Below are positions 17,359-28,465 of a DNA stretch of 64,000 bases, piece by piece. The stretch comes from an uncultured Actinomycetota bacterium (GTDB taxonomy: Bacteria > Actinomycetota > Actinomycetes > JAHEKZ01): the NCBI GenBank assembly GCA_963743915.1, contig CAVURN010000001.1, positions 512,001-576,000 on the forward strand, in the 5' to 3' direction. The first letter of the stretch is position 1; each line of letters opens with the position of its first letter. A program made the position numbers and the translations under genes. The notes below the pieces were generated by a model. It saw nothing but the letters and a program-made list of their open reading frames with translations. It did no database searches and was not told the DNA's origin.

Positions 17359-18546
17359 ATGCGCCGCACCGCTGCCGTTCTCTCGCTCGTCCTGGCCGTC
17401 GGGGCTGCCCTCCTTGCCGGAACGGGCACCGCTCATGCCGCCACTGCGACGTCGGAGTCGCTCTTGGACGGCCTCGCGGTGGAGAGCTGGGGGGCCTGCG
17501 AGATGCCGGATGGATGGGTCTTCGTCCATCACGACGGACGGACGTCCGCCGGCGTGGCGATCGGGATGCGTCTGTTCGAGGGCTCCGATGCCGACGCGAC
17601 GGTGACGCGGACCTGGCCGCGCACCTCCCCGAGCGGTCGCGTGCCCGACCGGCACCACTGCGTGTCGGCGGACTTCGACCAGAACGGGTTGACCGACTTC
17701 TACGTGACCGCCGGTCGAGGCGGGAACAACGGCACCAAGGTGAACGGGCGAGGGAACGAGCTCTGGCTGCAGGTGTCGGAGGGGGTCTTCGAGAACCGGG
17801 CAGCGGCGTGGGGCGTCGAGGACGTCTGCGGGCGCAGTCACTACGCCGCCACCGCCGACTTCGACGGTGACGGGTGGGCCGACCTCTACGTGGGGAACGC
17901 CGTCCCCCGCGCCGTCACCCCCGACCCGTGCGACGCACAGCCTGGCAGCGAGCTGTCCCACCTCTACCTCAACGCGGGGGGCTCGGGGTTCGTGGACGCG
18001 ACGAGTGACTGGGGTCCCGCCCACAACGGTGGGGTCCGTTGTGCGGTGGCCGGACAGTTCCTGGGCGATCCGGCCCCCGACCTCGTCGTGTGCCGTTCGG
18101 CGGGACTGCTCGTGCTCGAGAACGTCCCCGGCCAGGGGTTCGTCGACCGTCGGGCCTCCCTGGGCCTCCCCGCCACCGACTGGCGGCAGGCCACCGTGGG
18201 AGATGTCACCGGGGACGGAGTGCCGGACCTGGTCGCTGCGACCGGAACGGCCGTCCGGGTCTGGTCGTCGATGCGCGGGACACCCCGCGTCGTCCTGACG
18301 TCCACCGCGCTGCGGGGGGTGGCGGTGAATCCGGCAGGGGACATCTACGCGCTCCGGTCGGCGGCAGCCACGAATCCGCAGGACGTCGTCCTCGTGCGGA
18401 ACGCGACGGGCTGGGCACCGGCTTGGGTGCCCAACGCCGGTGGGAAAGGCGACTTCGTGGTGTGGCTCGAACGGGCGGACGCCTGGTTGGTCGGCAACGG
18501 TCTCGACGACCACCTCGGTCCCATGCAGCTGGTGCAGGCGGAATAG
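17359..18546 (+). CDS. Secreted FG-GAP/VCBS-repeat protein
   Basis: Signal peptide ending AHA; ADFDQNGLTDFY, ADFDGDGWADLY, GDVTGDGVPDLV. Confidence 0.8.
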   Translation: MRRTAAVLSLVLAVGAALLAGTGTAHAATATSESLLDGLAVESWGACEMPDGWVFVHHDGRTSAGVAIGMRLFEGSDADATVTRTWPRTSPSGRVPDRHHCVSADFDQNGLTDFYVTAGRGGNNGTKVNGRGNELWLQVSEGVFENRAAAWGVEDVCGRSHYAATADFDGDGWADLYVGNAVPRAVTPDPCDAQPGSELSHLYLNAGGSGFVDATSDWGPAHNGGVRCAVAGQFLGDPAPDLVVCRSAGLLVLENVPGQGFVDRRASLGLPATDWRQATVGDVTGDGVPDLVAATGTAVRVWSSMRGTPRVVLTSTALRGVAVNPAGDIYALRSAAATNPQDVVLVRNATGWAPAWVPNAGGKGDFVVWLERADAWLVGNGLDDHLGPMQLVQAE

Positions 18547-18570
18547 CGACGGAGGGGCGCCCGGAGAGCG

Positions 18571-19609
18571 TCAGCGTGAAGCGGGCACCACGTCGGCGAC
18601 GAGCCGAGCGAACGAGTCGACGTCGTCCTCGGTCGTGTCCCACGAGCACATCCACCGCACCTCGTGGCGCGCAGCGTCCCACTCGTAGAACGGGTACGCC
18701 TCCTGCAGCTTCGGGATTGCCTGCTCGGGAAGCCGGGCGAAGACGCCGTTGGCCTGCACCGGCTGGGTGATCTCGACGCCTGGGACCTGGACGACCGCGT
18801 CGTGCAGGCGTCGGGCCATGGCGTTCGCGTGCGCAGCGTTGTGACGCCAGAGGTCACCGTCGAACAGGGCAAGGAACTGCGCGGAGATGAAGCGCATCTT
18901 GCTCGCCAGCTGCATCTGCTGCTTGCGGATGTTCGGAGTGTGACGAGCGAGCTCCGGGCGGAAGAAGACGACCGCCTCCCCACCCATCAGGCCGTTCTTG
19001 GTGCCGCCGAACGACAGCACGTCAACGCCCACGTCAGCGGTCGTCTCCCGCAGCTCGACCCCCAGTGAGGCGGCCGCGTTGCAGATGCGGGCGCCGTCCA
19101 TGTGCAGGTACATGTCGAGCTCGTGCGTGGTGTCGGCAATCGCTCGGAGCTCGTCCAGCGAGTACAGCGTGCCGAGCTCGGTGGACTGGGTGATCGAGAC
19201 GACGGTGGGCTGCACGTGGTGGACATCTCCGCGTCCGACGAAGTTCTCGCGGATGAGCTCAGGAGTGAGCTTGCCGTCCTCCGTCGGTACGTCGACCAGC
19301 TTGCTGCCGAGGAACCGCTCGGGTGCCCCCGCCTCGTCCCAGTTGATGTGCGCAGTCTCGGTGCAGATCACGTTCTGCCACGGATGAAGCAGCGACTGCA
19401 GTGCGGTGACGTTCGCCCCGGTGCCGTTGAACACGAAGAAGACCTCGACCTGATCCCCCAGGAGCTCGCGAAACCTCGCCACGGCCTCCGCGGTGACGGG
19501 ATCGTCGCCGTACGAGGTCACGTGGCCCGGCGTTCACCGCGGCGAGGCCGGCCAGCACGTCGGGGTGGACGCCGGCGTAGTTGTCGCTGGCAAAACCGCG
19601 GTGGCTCAC
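18571..19609 (-). CDS. ltaE: Low-specificity L-threonine aldolase family (PLP), frameshift near 19525
   Basis: FASDNYAG / YGDD, NGTGAN, HMDGAR, SFGGTKNG. Confidence 0.88.
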
Positions 19610-20329
19610 GAGGGACCTCCGGAGTAGAGGCGGATGCGTTGCCCGTTCATCTTGGCCGCTGCGTCTGAGGACACGTGCACCAGGGCCTCGGCGATGTCCT
19701 CTGCGGGAACGAACGCACCCCAGTCCTTGTCCGGGTCCTTGGCCCGCATGGCGGGGGTGAGGATGGCCGGCACCACGACCACGTTGGCGGTGGCCGTCGT
19801 GCCCTTGAAGCCGTTGGCCAGCGCCAGGACGACGGCTTCGGCGGCCGCCTTGGCACTGGCGTACGCGGCGTTCTTCGACGTCGGTGCCTGGGCCTCCTTG
19901 GCCGAGATGATGGCCAGACGTCCGTGCGGCGAGGACGTCAGTGTCGCGGCGAACGACCGCGCCACGTGCACGGTGGTGCGCACGAGGAGGTCGTGCAGCC
20001 AGTCCCAGTCCTCGAGCGGCTGCTCCGGAAGTGGGGTGCCGCCTCGCCAGCCACCGACGAGGTGCCAGACGGCATCCACCGGTGCGGGCGCTGACAGCTC
20101 GGCGGCAAGTCCGTCGACAGCTGCGGGGTCGAGCAGGTCGACGACCTGTGTCGCCTCGACGCCGGAGGCCGCCGGACCGAGTGAGGCGACCAGGGTCGTC
20201 GAGGCGCTCCTGTGAGACGTCGACCAGCACGACCCGCGCGCCCTCGGCCAGTGCGGCCGAGACGACCGTGGGACCGAGTCCACCCGCCGCCCCGGTCACC
20301 AGGACCCGACGGCCGGCGAGCCGGCTCAT
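19606..20329 (-). CDS. SDR oxidoreductase, frameshift near 20205
   Basis: TGAAGGLG, HLVGGWRGG, AYASAK. Confidence 0.85.
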
Positions 20330-22413
20330 GCCGCGTCCTCGATGCTGGTGCGCGCGATGACCGGGCCCAGCTTGGCGCCCAGCGACTGGTAGAACATGCT
20401 CAGCGGGAACTCGTCGGGATTGACCAGGTCCACCCACGCCTTGTGGTCGCCCTCGTCGCGCCCGGCGCGAGCGTCCGGCGTCCACTGCGACGCGAGGTTG
20501 GGCTGCACGTACCGGCTGACCAGGTCGTGAGCGGCGATCCAGTAGCGCACCTTCGAGGTGCTGATGCCGGTGCGGTAGAGGTCCTCGATCTCCAGGCGGA
20601 GGGCATCGACACCCTGAGGAAGCCGCTCCCAGTCGACGGTGAGCGTGTTGTTGCGCCACGTGATGATGCCGGCTCGGTGCAGGTGCCCGAAGAGGATCTG
20701 ACCTGCGAGACCGTCGTAGTTGCGGACGCGGCTGCCGGTCAGCGGGAAGCGGAAGAGCCGGTCGAACAGGACGCCGTACTGGACGTACTCGGCGAACGGA
20801 AACTCCCTCGACAGCTCGCCGGCCTGGTGGAAGGCGGTGAGGTCGCAGCGAAGCTCCTCCAGGGAGTACATCCAGAAGGGCAGCCGCTGACGAATCATGA
20901 AGGGGTCGAAGGGGAGCTCGCCGTGGCTGTGAGCACGGTCGTGGATGAGGTCCCAGAGCTCGAACATGTCGCGGGTCATCGGCTCACTCGCGAGCAGCGC
21001 CGTGATGTGCGGAGGCAGGTCGAGCTGGGTGAGGGACACGGCTGCTGAGACGACCCGCTGGTAGCGCTCGGCCTCGCGGTCGCAGAAGATCCCGCCGAAG
21101 GTGTTGGCCGCCGGACCCACCACGCTCACCGTCTCGGGGAAGAACACCGCGCACTCGCTGTCGTAGCCGGCGGTGTTGTCGACGAGGTGGACCGGGACGA
21201 ACTTGTCGTTCGGGAACTGCGCCGACTCCAGCTCGGCGATCCACGCCGGCCACGGCACCCGCACGATCAGCGCCTCGAAGCGGACGTCGAGGGAGCCGTT
21301 GGGCGTGTACATCGGGAAGACGGCGAGGTGCTCGATGGCGTCGGTGCGCTGCAGCTCGGGTCGGAAGAGCGCCAGGGAGGCGCCGAAGTGCGGCTTGCCA
21401 CAACCTTCGTCGACCCACCGCGCCAGGTCCGACGTGACCTGCTGCAGGTACTCGGCCTGGTGGGGGAAGTGCGGTGCGAGGCCGTCGATGGAGGACGTCA
21501 TCCGCTCGGCGATCGCCCGGACGCGCTCGGCCGGAACGGTCGCCAGGTCGACGGTCGCATCGGCGGCCTGCAGGGCGCGCAGCTCCTCGGTCGCTGCCTT
21601 GAGCGACGCCCAGTGCGGATCCGCTGCTGCTGCAGACTGTGGGTGGTCGACCTGGGCGGCGAATGCGGGCAGCGCCGTCCAGTAGGCGATGTTCTGCCAC
21701 AGCTGCGCGTGGTCGAACGCGTCGATGCAGTCGTCGCCGAAAAGGTCGGAGTCGGAGGCGACGACGACGCGTCCCCGCCCGTACTCGGCCGCCGCCAGCA
21801 GCGGTGCGGATGCAGGAGCGGCGGACTCGGCCGAGGTGGCGAGCACGGACACGTCGTCGGCAGGGGACAGCACGCCCGCGCGGTAGAAGACCGCACGCTC
21901 GACGCCGCTCAGCAGCGGGTGCTGCGCGGTCAGGCGTGCTTCGACCCAGCTGGGCGCCTGGTGGTGGCGGGCGTAGTCCTGGACGGTCGCGTGCTCGACG
22001 GCGATGCCGAAGCCCGCCGCGATCTCGGCGAGGTTGGAGCCGTACTTGTCCTGCTCGGACTCGGCGAGGATCACCAGCCCGCCTCCGCTCTCGACGAAGG
22101 AGCGGATGGTCTCGAGCTCGCTCTCGTCGTAGCGGGCCGAGCCGACACCGGTGGTGGCCTCGAACTTGGGGGTGCTCGCGTGCGGAAGCACGAGCACCGC
22201 GACGTCACGGAGCACCTCGGCTGTGATCAGGCCCTCGACGAGCGGCTCGACGGCGAAGTCGCGCCGGCGGAGCAGCTCGGCCGCCTTGGCGTACGAGCTG
22301 TCATGGGGATGGGTCGGCTGCATCTGGGTCGCCAGCTCCGGTCGAATGGTCCAGGCCTGCTGGTGGGCCTCGTCGACCAGAATGCGCAACGCGGGGGGAC
22401 GGACGACGGTCAT
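20326..22413 (-). CDS. DUF6421-family protein fused to an N-terminal class-I GATase-like (DUF4350-like) domain
   Basis: N-terminus ILVDEAH, GGGLVILAE, GRVVVASDSDLFGD; C-terminus FPMYTPNGS, WDLIHDRAHSHG, LEELRCD, NYDGLAGQ. Confidence 0.75.
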   Translation of the reverse strand: MTVVRPPALRILVDEAHQQAWTIRPELATQMQPTHPHDSSYAKAAELLRRRDFAVEPLVEGLITAEVLRDVAVLVLPHASTPKFEATTGVGSARYDESELETIRSFVESGGGLVILAESEQDKYGSNLAEIAAGFGIAVEHATVQDYARHHQAPSWVEARLTAQHPLLSGVERAVFYRAGVLSPADDVSVLATSAESAAPASAPLLAAAEYGRGRVVVASDSDLFGDDCIDAFDHAQLWQNIAYWTALPAFAAQVDHPQSAAAADPHWASLKAATEELRALQAADATVDLATVPAERVRAIAERMTSSIDGLAPHFPHQAEYLQQVTSDLARWVDEGCGKPHFGASLALFRPELQRTDAIEHLAVFPMYTPNGSLDVRFEALIVRVPWPAWIAELESAQFPNDKFVPVHLVDNTAGYDSECAVFFPETVSVVGPAANTFGGIFCDREAERYQRVVSAAVSLTQLDLPPHITALLASEPMTRDMFELWDLIHDRAHSHGELPFDPFMIRQRLPFWMYSLEELRCDLTAFHQAGELSREFPFAEYVQYGVLFDRLFRFPLTGSRVRNYDGLAGQILFGHLHRAGIITWRNNTLTVDWERLPQGVDALRLEIEDLYRTGISTSKVRYWIAAHDLVSRYVQPNLASQWTPDARAGRDEGDHKAWVDLVNPDEFPLSMFYQSLGAKLGPVIARTSIEDAA

Positions 22414-22485
22414 GGCAGGCTCCTCGGCGAAAGGATGACGCTCGATGCGAATGGTCACCGGCAATTCTTCTGAGATCAGCGTATC

Positions 22486-22506
22486 TGACGGGAGATTCTC
22501 CCGTCA
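22486..22506. promoter_or_regulatory. Perfect 21-bp palindrome, candidate operator
   Basis: TGACGGGAGA-T-TCTCCCGTCA, about 70 bp upstream of the DUF6421 start. Confidence 0.45.
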
Positions 22507-22524
22507 CCCTGCTCAGATCCCAAC

Positions 22525-22589
22525 GAGTTGATCTTGAGGTTGGGGGCAACCACGCCGGGCGAGTCTGCCCCCAGGCTCAAGATCAACTC
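22525..22589. repeat. REP/MITE-like inverted repeat
   Basis: GAGTTGATCTTGAG...CTCAAGATCAACTC outer arms with TGGGGGCA/TGCCCCCA inner arms. Confidence 0.6.
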
Positions 22590-22653
22590 ACCATCGCTCG
22601 ATGCGGGGCGCCCCCGGGCCGCCGCCGGGCCGCCGCCGGGCCAGCCGGTTCGG

Positions 22654-22830
22654 CTACTCGTCGTCGTCCTCGAGCCGCGCCAGCCAGGTGGCGAGCCGCT
22701 CGATCTGCGTCTCGAACTCGGGGTTCAGGTCGACGAAGACCTGCAGCTGGTCGGCGAGCCAGGCGAGGGTCACCTGCTCGTCGCCGCGTCGGCTGACCAG
22801 CTCCTCGAGACCACGGTCGGTGAAGTACAT
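22654..22830 (-). CDS. DUF6104-family small protein
   Basis: Not in ORF track; MYFTDRGLEELVSRRGDEQVTLAWLADQLQVFVDLNPEFETQIERLATWLARLEDDDE, directly downstream of kgd. Confidence 0.85.
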   Translation of the reverse strand: MYFTDRGLEELVSRRGDEQVTLAWLADQLQVFVDLNPEFETQIERLATWLARLEDDDE

Positions 22831-22839
22831 CCGCCGACC

Positions 22840-25800
22840 TCAGCGGGGAGCGAAGGCGGACTCGACCAGGGCGCGCTGCTCGCGCTCATGAGCCTGGGCC
22901 GAGCCAGTGGCCGGTGCCGAGCTCGCCGGACGGGTGATCGGGATGAGGGGCTGACCCAGCGCCTCGGCGAGGTTGAGTCCCATGAAGGGCCACGCCCCCT
23001 GGTTGGCGGGTTCCTCCTGCACCCAGCGCAGCTCCGCCTGCCCGTACCGGGCGATCGCGCTGAACACCTCGTTCGTCGGGAGCGGGTAGAGGCGTTCGAC
23101 GCGGACGATGGCGGTGTCCGTGGCGCCGGTCTCCTCCCGGTGCTTGAGCAGGTCGTAGTAGACCTTCCCCGCGCAGAGCAGCACCCGCCGGACGCCGTCC
23201 GCCGGGATGGTGTCGGGGAACACGGGCTTGAAGTGTCCTGACGTGAACTCGGAGGTCGCGGAGGCCGACGCCTTCAGTCTCAGCATCGACTTGGGGGTGA
23301 AGACCACAAGCGGACGTCGCACCGGTGAGAGCGCCTGCCAGCGCAACAGGTGGAAGTAGTTCGCCGGTGTGGTCAGGTTCGCGATCGTCATGTTGTCCTG
23401 CGCGCACAGCTGGAGGAACCGCTCCAGCCGTGCTGACGAGTGGTCCGGACCCTGACCTTCGTGGCCGTGCGGGAGCAGCAGCACCAGACCGCTCTGCTGG
23501 CCCCACTTCTGCTCACCGGACGCCAGGAACTCGTCGATGATGGTCTGGGCACCGTTGGCGAAGTCGCCGAACTGTGCCTCCCACAGGACGAGCGCCTCCG
23601 GACGCGCCACGCTGTAGCCGTACTCGAAGCCCATCGCTGCGAACTCCGACAGCGGGGAGTCGTAGACGTAGAGCTTGGCGCCCTTCTCGTAGCACCGCTT
23701 GAGTGGCTTGTAGGCCCAGCCGGTGGCCTTGTCGATGATGACCATGTGGCGCTGGCCGAAGGTGCCGCGGCGGGAGTCCTGACCGGCGAGCCGGACCGAG
23801 ATGCCGTCGGTGAGCAGCGACCCGATGGCGAGCGTCTCGCCCATGGCCCAGTCGATCGTGTCGTCCTGGACCATCTGAGCCCGGCGCTGCAGCTGCGGTG
23901 CGAGCCGGTGGTGGACGGTGAAGCCCTCGGGCAGCTGGAGCTGGCTCTGCACCACCCGGTCGACGGTCTCGGCGCTCACGGCGGTCGGGACGTCTCGCTC
24001 CGGGGTCTGCGGGGCCAGGGTGACCTCGCCGCGCTGCTCGACCTCGGTGATGGGCTCAGGGGTGTGCTCGGGATGCTCGGCGGCGTCCCGCGTCTCGCGG
24101 AACACCTTCTCCAGCTGCTCCTGGTAGTCGCGCAGCGCGGCCTCGGCCTCCTCGACGGAGATGTCGCCACGCCCGATGAGCGCCTCGGTGTAGAGCTTGC
24201 GGGCCGAGCGCTTGGAGTCGATGACCTTGTACATCAGCGGTTGCGTCAGCGACGGGTCGTCCGCCTCGTTGTGCCCGCGTCGTCGGTAGCAGATGAGGTC
24301 GATGACGACGTCCTTCTTGAAGGCCTTGCGGAACTCGAAGGCCTCCTGCGCGACGCGGACGACCGCCTCCGGGTCGTCGCCGTTGACGTGGAAGATCGGC
24401 GCCTGGACCGTTCGCGCGACGTCGGTCGCGTAGACGCTGGAGCGGGCGGCCGCCGGGGCGGTGGTGAACCCCACCTGGTTGTTCACGACCACGTGGATCG
24501 TGCCACCGGTGCGGTACCCGCGAAGCTGTGACAGCTCGAGCGTCTCCGCCACCACGCCCTGACCGGAGAACGCCGCATCACCGTGCAGCAGCACGGGAAG
24601 CACGGTGAATCCCGACTCGCCGAGCCCGATCACGTCCTGCTTGGCGCGGGCGAATCCCTCCAGCACCGGGCTGACGGCCTCGAGGTGGCTGGGGTTGGAG
24701 ACGAGGGAGACCGCGATCGACGACCCGTCGGGCGCCTTGAAGGTCCCCTCGGCGCCGAGGTGGTACTTCACGTCGCCGGAGCCCTGGACCGCCTCGAGGT
24801 CCAGGTTGCCCTCGAACTCGCGGAAGATCTGTCCGTACGACTTTCCGACGATGTTGGCCAGGACGTTGAGCCGCCCGCGGTGCGGCATGCCGATCGCGAC
24901 CTCGTGCAGCCCCTGCTGAGCCGCAGAGGTGAGGATCTCGTCGAGCAGGGGGATGACCGACTCGCTGCCCTCCAGGGAGAAGCGCTTCTGCCCGACGTAC
25001 TTGGTCTGCAGGAAGGCTTCGAACGCCTCGGCGGCGTTGAGTCGACGCAGGATGTGCATCTGGTCCTGCGGGCTGGGCCGCTCGTGCGCGCGCTCGAACC
25101 GGGTCTGGATCCACGCGCGCTGCTCGGGGTCCTGGATGTGCATGTACTCGATGCCGAGGGTCCGCGCATAGGAGTCCCGCAGCACGCCGAGGACCTCGCG
25201 CAGGCTCATGAGCGGCTCGTCCGCCGAAACCGCCGGTCGCGAACTCACGGTCGAGGTCCCACAGGGTGAGCCCGTGGTTGACGACGTCGAGGTCGGGGTG
25301 GCGTCGCTGCCGGTACTCGAGCGGGTCGGTGTCGGCCATCAGGTGGCCGCGCACGCGGTAGGCGTGGATCAGCTCCTGGACGCGGGCGGTCTTGTTGACG
25401 TCGTCCTCGTGCGAGGCGCTGATGTCGTGGACCCAGCGGATGGGCTCGTACGGGATCCGCAGCGCGGTGAAGATCTCGTCGTAGAAGTCCTGCTCACCGA
25501 GGAGCAGCTCGCTCAGGCGGCGGAGGAACTCGCCCGACTGCGCCCCCTGGATGATCCGGTGGTCGTAGGTCGACGTCAGGGTCAGGATCTTGCTGACCGC
25601 CAGCCGGGCCAGCGTCTCGGGGGACGCCCCCTGGTACTCCGCCGGGTACTCGAGGGACCCGACGCCGAGGATCGCCCCCTGGCCCTGCATGAGGCGCGGC
25701 ACCGAGTGGGACGTCCCGATGGTGCCCGGGTTGGTGAGACTGATCGTGGTGCCCACGAAGTCGTCGGCCGTGAGCTTTTGGGCCCGTGCTCGCCGGATGA

Positions 25801-26494
25801 GGTCCTCGTAGGCCGACCAGAACCCAGTGAAGTCCATCGTGTCGGCCGCCTTGACGGCCGGAACGAGGAGCTGGCGGGTTCCGTCCGGCTTGGTGAGGTC
25901 GATCGCGAGCCCGAGGTTGACGTGGTCGGGGCGCACGACCACGGGCTTGCCGTCCACCTCGGCGTAGCTCGCGTTCATCTCCGGGAGGCCCTGCAGGGCC
26001 TGCACGACCGCCCATGCGATCAGGTGGGTGAACGAGACCTTGCCGCCCCGGCTGCGCCGCAGGTGGTTGTTGATGACGGTGCGGTTGTCGATCAGCAGCT
26101 TGGCGGGGATTCTCCGGACGCTGGTGGCCGTCGGAACCGCCAGCGAGGCCTCCATGTTGGTGACGACCCGCGCGGCGGGGCCGCGCAGCACCTGGGCCTC
26201 GGCGTCCTCGGCCACCGTGGTCGGAGCAGTCGGCGCAGCGGGTGCCGGCGGCGGCACCGCGGGTACGGGCTGCACCGGGACCGGGGCGGGCTCGATGTGG
26301 ACGGCGGCGGCGTCCGGCGGCGGCGTGGGCACGGCCGATGGCCCGCCTGCCTCGCCGGGCCGGTAGTCCTCGAAGAACCCGTGCCAGGCCGGGTCGACGG
26401 AGTCGGGGTCGGCCAGGTACTGCTGGTAGAGCTCATCCACCAGCCACTGGTTGGGTCCGAACTGCGCGGTCGTGGACTGCTGCTGGCTGGTCAC
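22840..26494 (-). CDS. kgd: Multifunctional 2-oxoglutarate decarboxylase/dehydrogenase Kgd (E2+E1), frameshift near 25220
   Basis: [68 protein letters not shown]. Confidence 0.95.
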
Positions 26495-26653
26495 CGTGCG
26501 CTGCTACCCCTTGAGTCGGCCCTCGAATCGGCGTGACGCCTGCCAGCGTATCCCCGATCCCAGGTGGGTACCGGACCGGATGTCCCTGGATTTGCGGGTC
26601 GAGGTACGGGGCCGCACCGTGGACCTGTGGCGACAGGTGGCGGGGACGGAGCG

Positions 26654-27370
26654 GTGGACGGGAGCGGGCTCGCACTGGTCACCGGTGGCAGCCGCGGCAT
26701 CGGCCGAGCCGCGGCCGAGGGGCTGGCGCAGGCGGGGTTCACGGTCGTGCTGGTCGCGCGGGACCGTGACCGCCTCATGAGCGCCGTGCGGCAGCTCGTC
26801 TCCCGGGACCACGACGTCGTCGGCGTCCCGTGCGACGTCAGCGCACCCGAGCAGGTGGCGTCGTTGCAGCAGCACCTCGAGCGCCTGGGGCCGGTGGAGG
26901 TGGTGGTGAACAGCGCCGGGGTGATGTCCGAGCGGATGTCCAAGACGCTGCGAGCGTCCCCGCAGGAGTGGCGGCGCGTCCTCGACGTGAACCTGCTGGG
27001 GGCGGCGCACGTCATCTCCACCGTCGGGCCGGGGATGGTGGCGCGGCGGCGCGGTCGGATCGTGAACGTCTCGGCCTGCATGGGTCGGTTCACCGGGTCG
27101 GGTCTGTCGGGCGGTCTGGCCCCCTATCGCGTCAGCAAGGCCGCGCTCAACGCCCTGACCCGCAACTTCGCTGCGGAGACAGGTTGGGGGCGGCGCGGAC
27201 TCCTCGTGGACGCCATGTGCCCGGGACACTGTCGCACCGACATGGGGGGCGCGGACGCGCCACGCAGCCCCGAAGAGGGCGCCGACACCATCGTGTGGCT
27301 CGCGACGCGGGAGGCCGCGGAGGCCGAGACCGGACGGATGTGGGAGGACCGTTCACCCGTCCCCTGGTAG
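26654..27370 (+). CDS. SDR (carbonyl reductase-like)
   Basis: TGGSRGIG, YRVSK, CPGHCRTDMGG. Confidence 0.88.
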   Translation: MDGSGLALVTGGSRGIGRAAAEGLAQAGFTVVLVARDRDRLMSAVRQLVSRDHDVVGVPCDVSAPEQVASLQQHLERLGPVEVVVNSAGVMSERMSKTLRASPQEWRRVLDVNLLGAAHVISTVGPGMVARRRGRIVNVSACMGRFTGSGLSGGLAPYRVSKAALNALTRNFAAETGWGRRGLLVDAMCPGHCRTDMGGADAPRSPEEGADTIVWLATREAAEAETGRMWEDRSPVPW

Positions 27371-27373
27371 CAG

Positions 27374-28447
27374 TCAGCGACCGGACTCGAGCCCCTCGAG
27401 GGTGGCGAGGACGAGGCCGCCGAGGGACGGCAGGTGGTACCCGCCCTCCTGCACGGCCACCGTGGGCAGGCCGAGCGCCGCCAGCCGCTCGCCTGCTCCG
27501 CGGTACCCGTCGACGGTGATCTGCAGCGGGCTCTCCGGGTCGTCGATCGCCGCATCCACGCCGAGGGAGACCACCAGGGCGGTCGCACCGTGGGTGTGGA
27601 CGTCGGCCGCGAGCTCGGCCACCGCGTCGAGCCACGCGTCGTCCGGTGTGCCCTCGGGGAGCGGGAGGTTGCGGTTCGCGCCGGCGCCGTCATCTCGTCC
27701 GGTCTCGTCGGCGTGCCCCACGTAGTGCGGGAACCACCCTGCCCCCGGGTCGACGTGCACCGAGCCGTAGTAGACGTCGGCCCGGTCGTAGAAGATCGCC
27801 TGCGTGCCGTTGCCGTGGTGCGCATCGATGTCCACCACCGCCACGCGCTCGTGGCCGGCGCGGCGAAACGCCTCGGCTGCGGCCGCGGCGTTGTTCAGGT
27901 AGCACGAGCCGCCGTAGCCCCGCCGGGTCGCGTGGTGGCCGGGAGGCCGGGTGAGGGCATAGGCCACCTGGTGCTCCCCCGACGTGACCAGGTCGACCGC
28001 CGTCAGGGCCGCGTCCACGGCACCGCGTGCTGCCTCCCAGGTGCCAGGCCCGATGAGAGTCATCGTGTCGTAGGCGAAGCGCCCCGCGCGTGCGTGCACC
28101 GCGACGGGTGAGCGCAGCGGCATGCCCGACAGCATCGCCTCGGTGGGAAAGACGTACGGCACCACGCGATCCTGGCCCGGGTCGACGGGGTATCCGGCGT
28201 CCTGCCATTCGGGCACGCAGGTGCGCAGCCAGTGGACGAGTGCGGCGTCGTGAACGACCTCCAGGACGGCGTCATCGTGCGCGGACGCCTCGGTGACGCC
28301 CGCGCCGGCCCCTTCGAGCGTCGCCCGGATGACCTCGGCCCGGGCCCGCACCTCGGTGCCTTCGATCGTGACGCCAACCCAGACCTCACCCTTCGGCTCG
28401 TGCAGCAGGCTGCTGTCGGACCAGACCACCGGAGTTCGTAGTGACAT
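27374..28447 (-). CDS. HDAC-family / acetylpolyamine amidohydrolase-like protein
   Basis: RPPGHHA, CYLNN, DIDAHHGNGT, SLGVDA, QEGGY. Confidence 0.9.
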   Translation of the reverse strand: MSLRTPVVWSDSSLLHEPKGEVWVGVTIEGTEVRARAEVIRATLEGAGAGVTEASAHDDAVLEVVHDAALVHWLRTCVPEWQDAGYPVDPGQDRVVPYVFPTEAMLSGMPLRSPVAVHARAGRFAYDTMTLIGPGTWEAARGAVDAALTAVDLVTSGEHQVAYALTRPPGHHATRRGYGGSCYLNNAAAAAEAFRRAGHERVAVVDIDAHHGNGTQAIFYDRADVYYGSVHVDPGAGWFPHYVGHADETGRDDGAGANRNLPLPEGTPDDAWLDAVAELAADVHTHGATALVVSLGVDAAIDDPESPLQITVDGYRGAGERLAALGLPTVAVQEGGYHLPSLGGLVLATLEGLESGR

Positions 28448-28448
28448 G

Positions 28449-28465
28449 CGTGGAATGATTCCACG
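28449..28465. promoter_or_regulatory. Symmetric bidirectional leaderless promoter candidate
   Basis: CGTGGAAT-G-ATTCCACG fills the 18-bp gap between the divergent start codons. Confidence 0.55.

Noticed and set aside
22840-26494. Naturally split kgd or programmed frameshift
   Set aside because: Break falls inside a conserved segment with no slippery site; one of many indels
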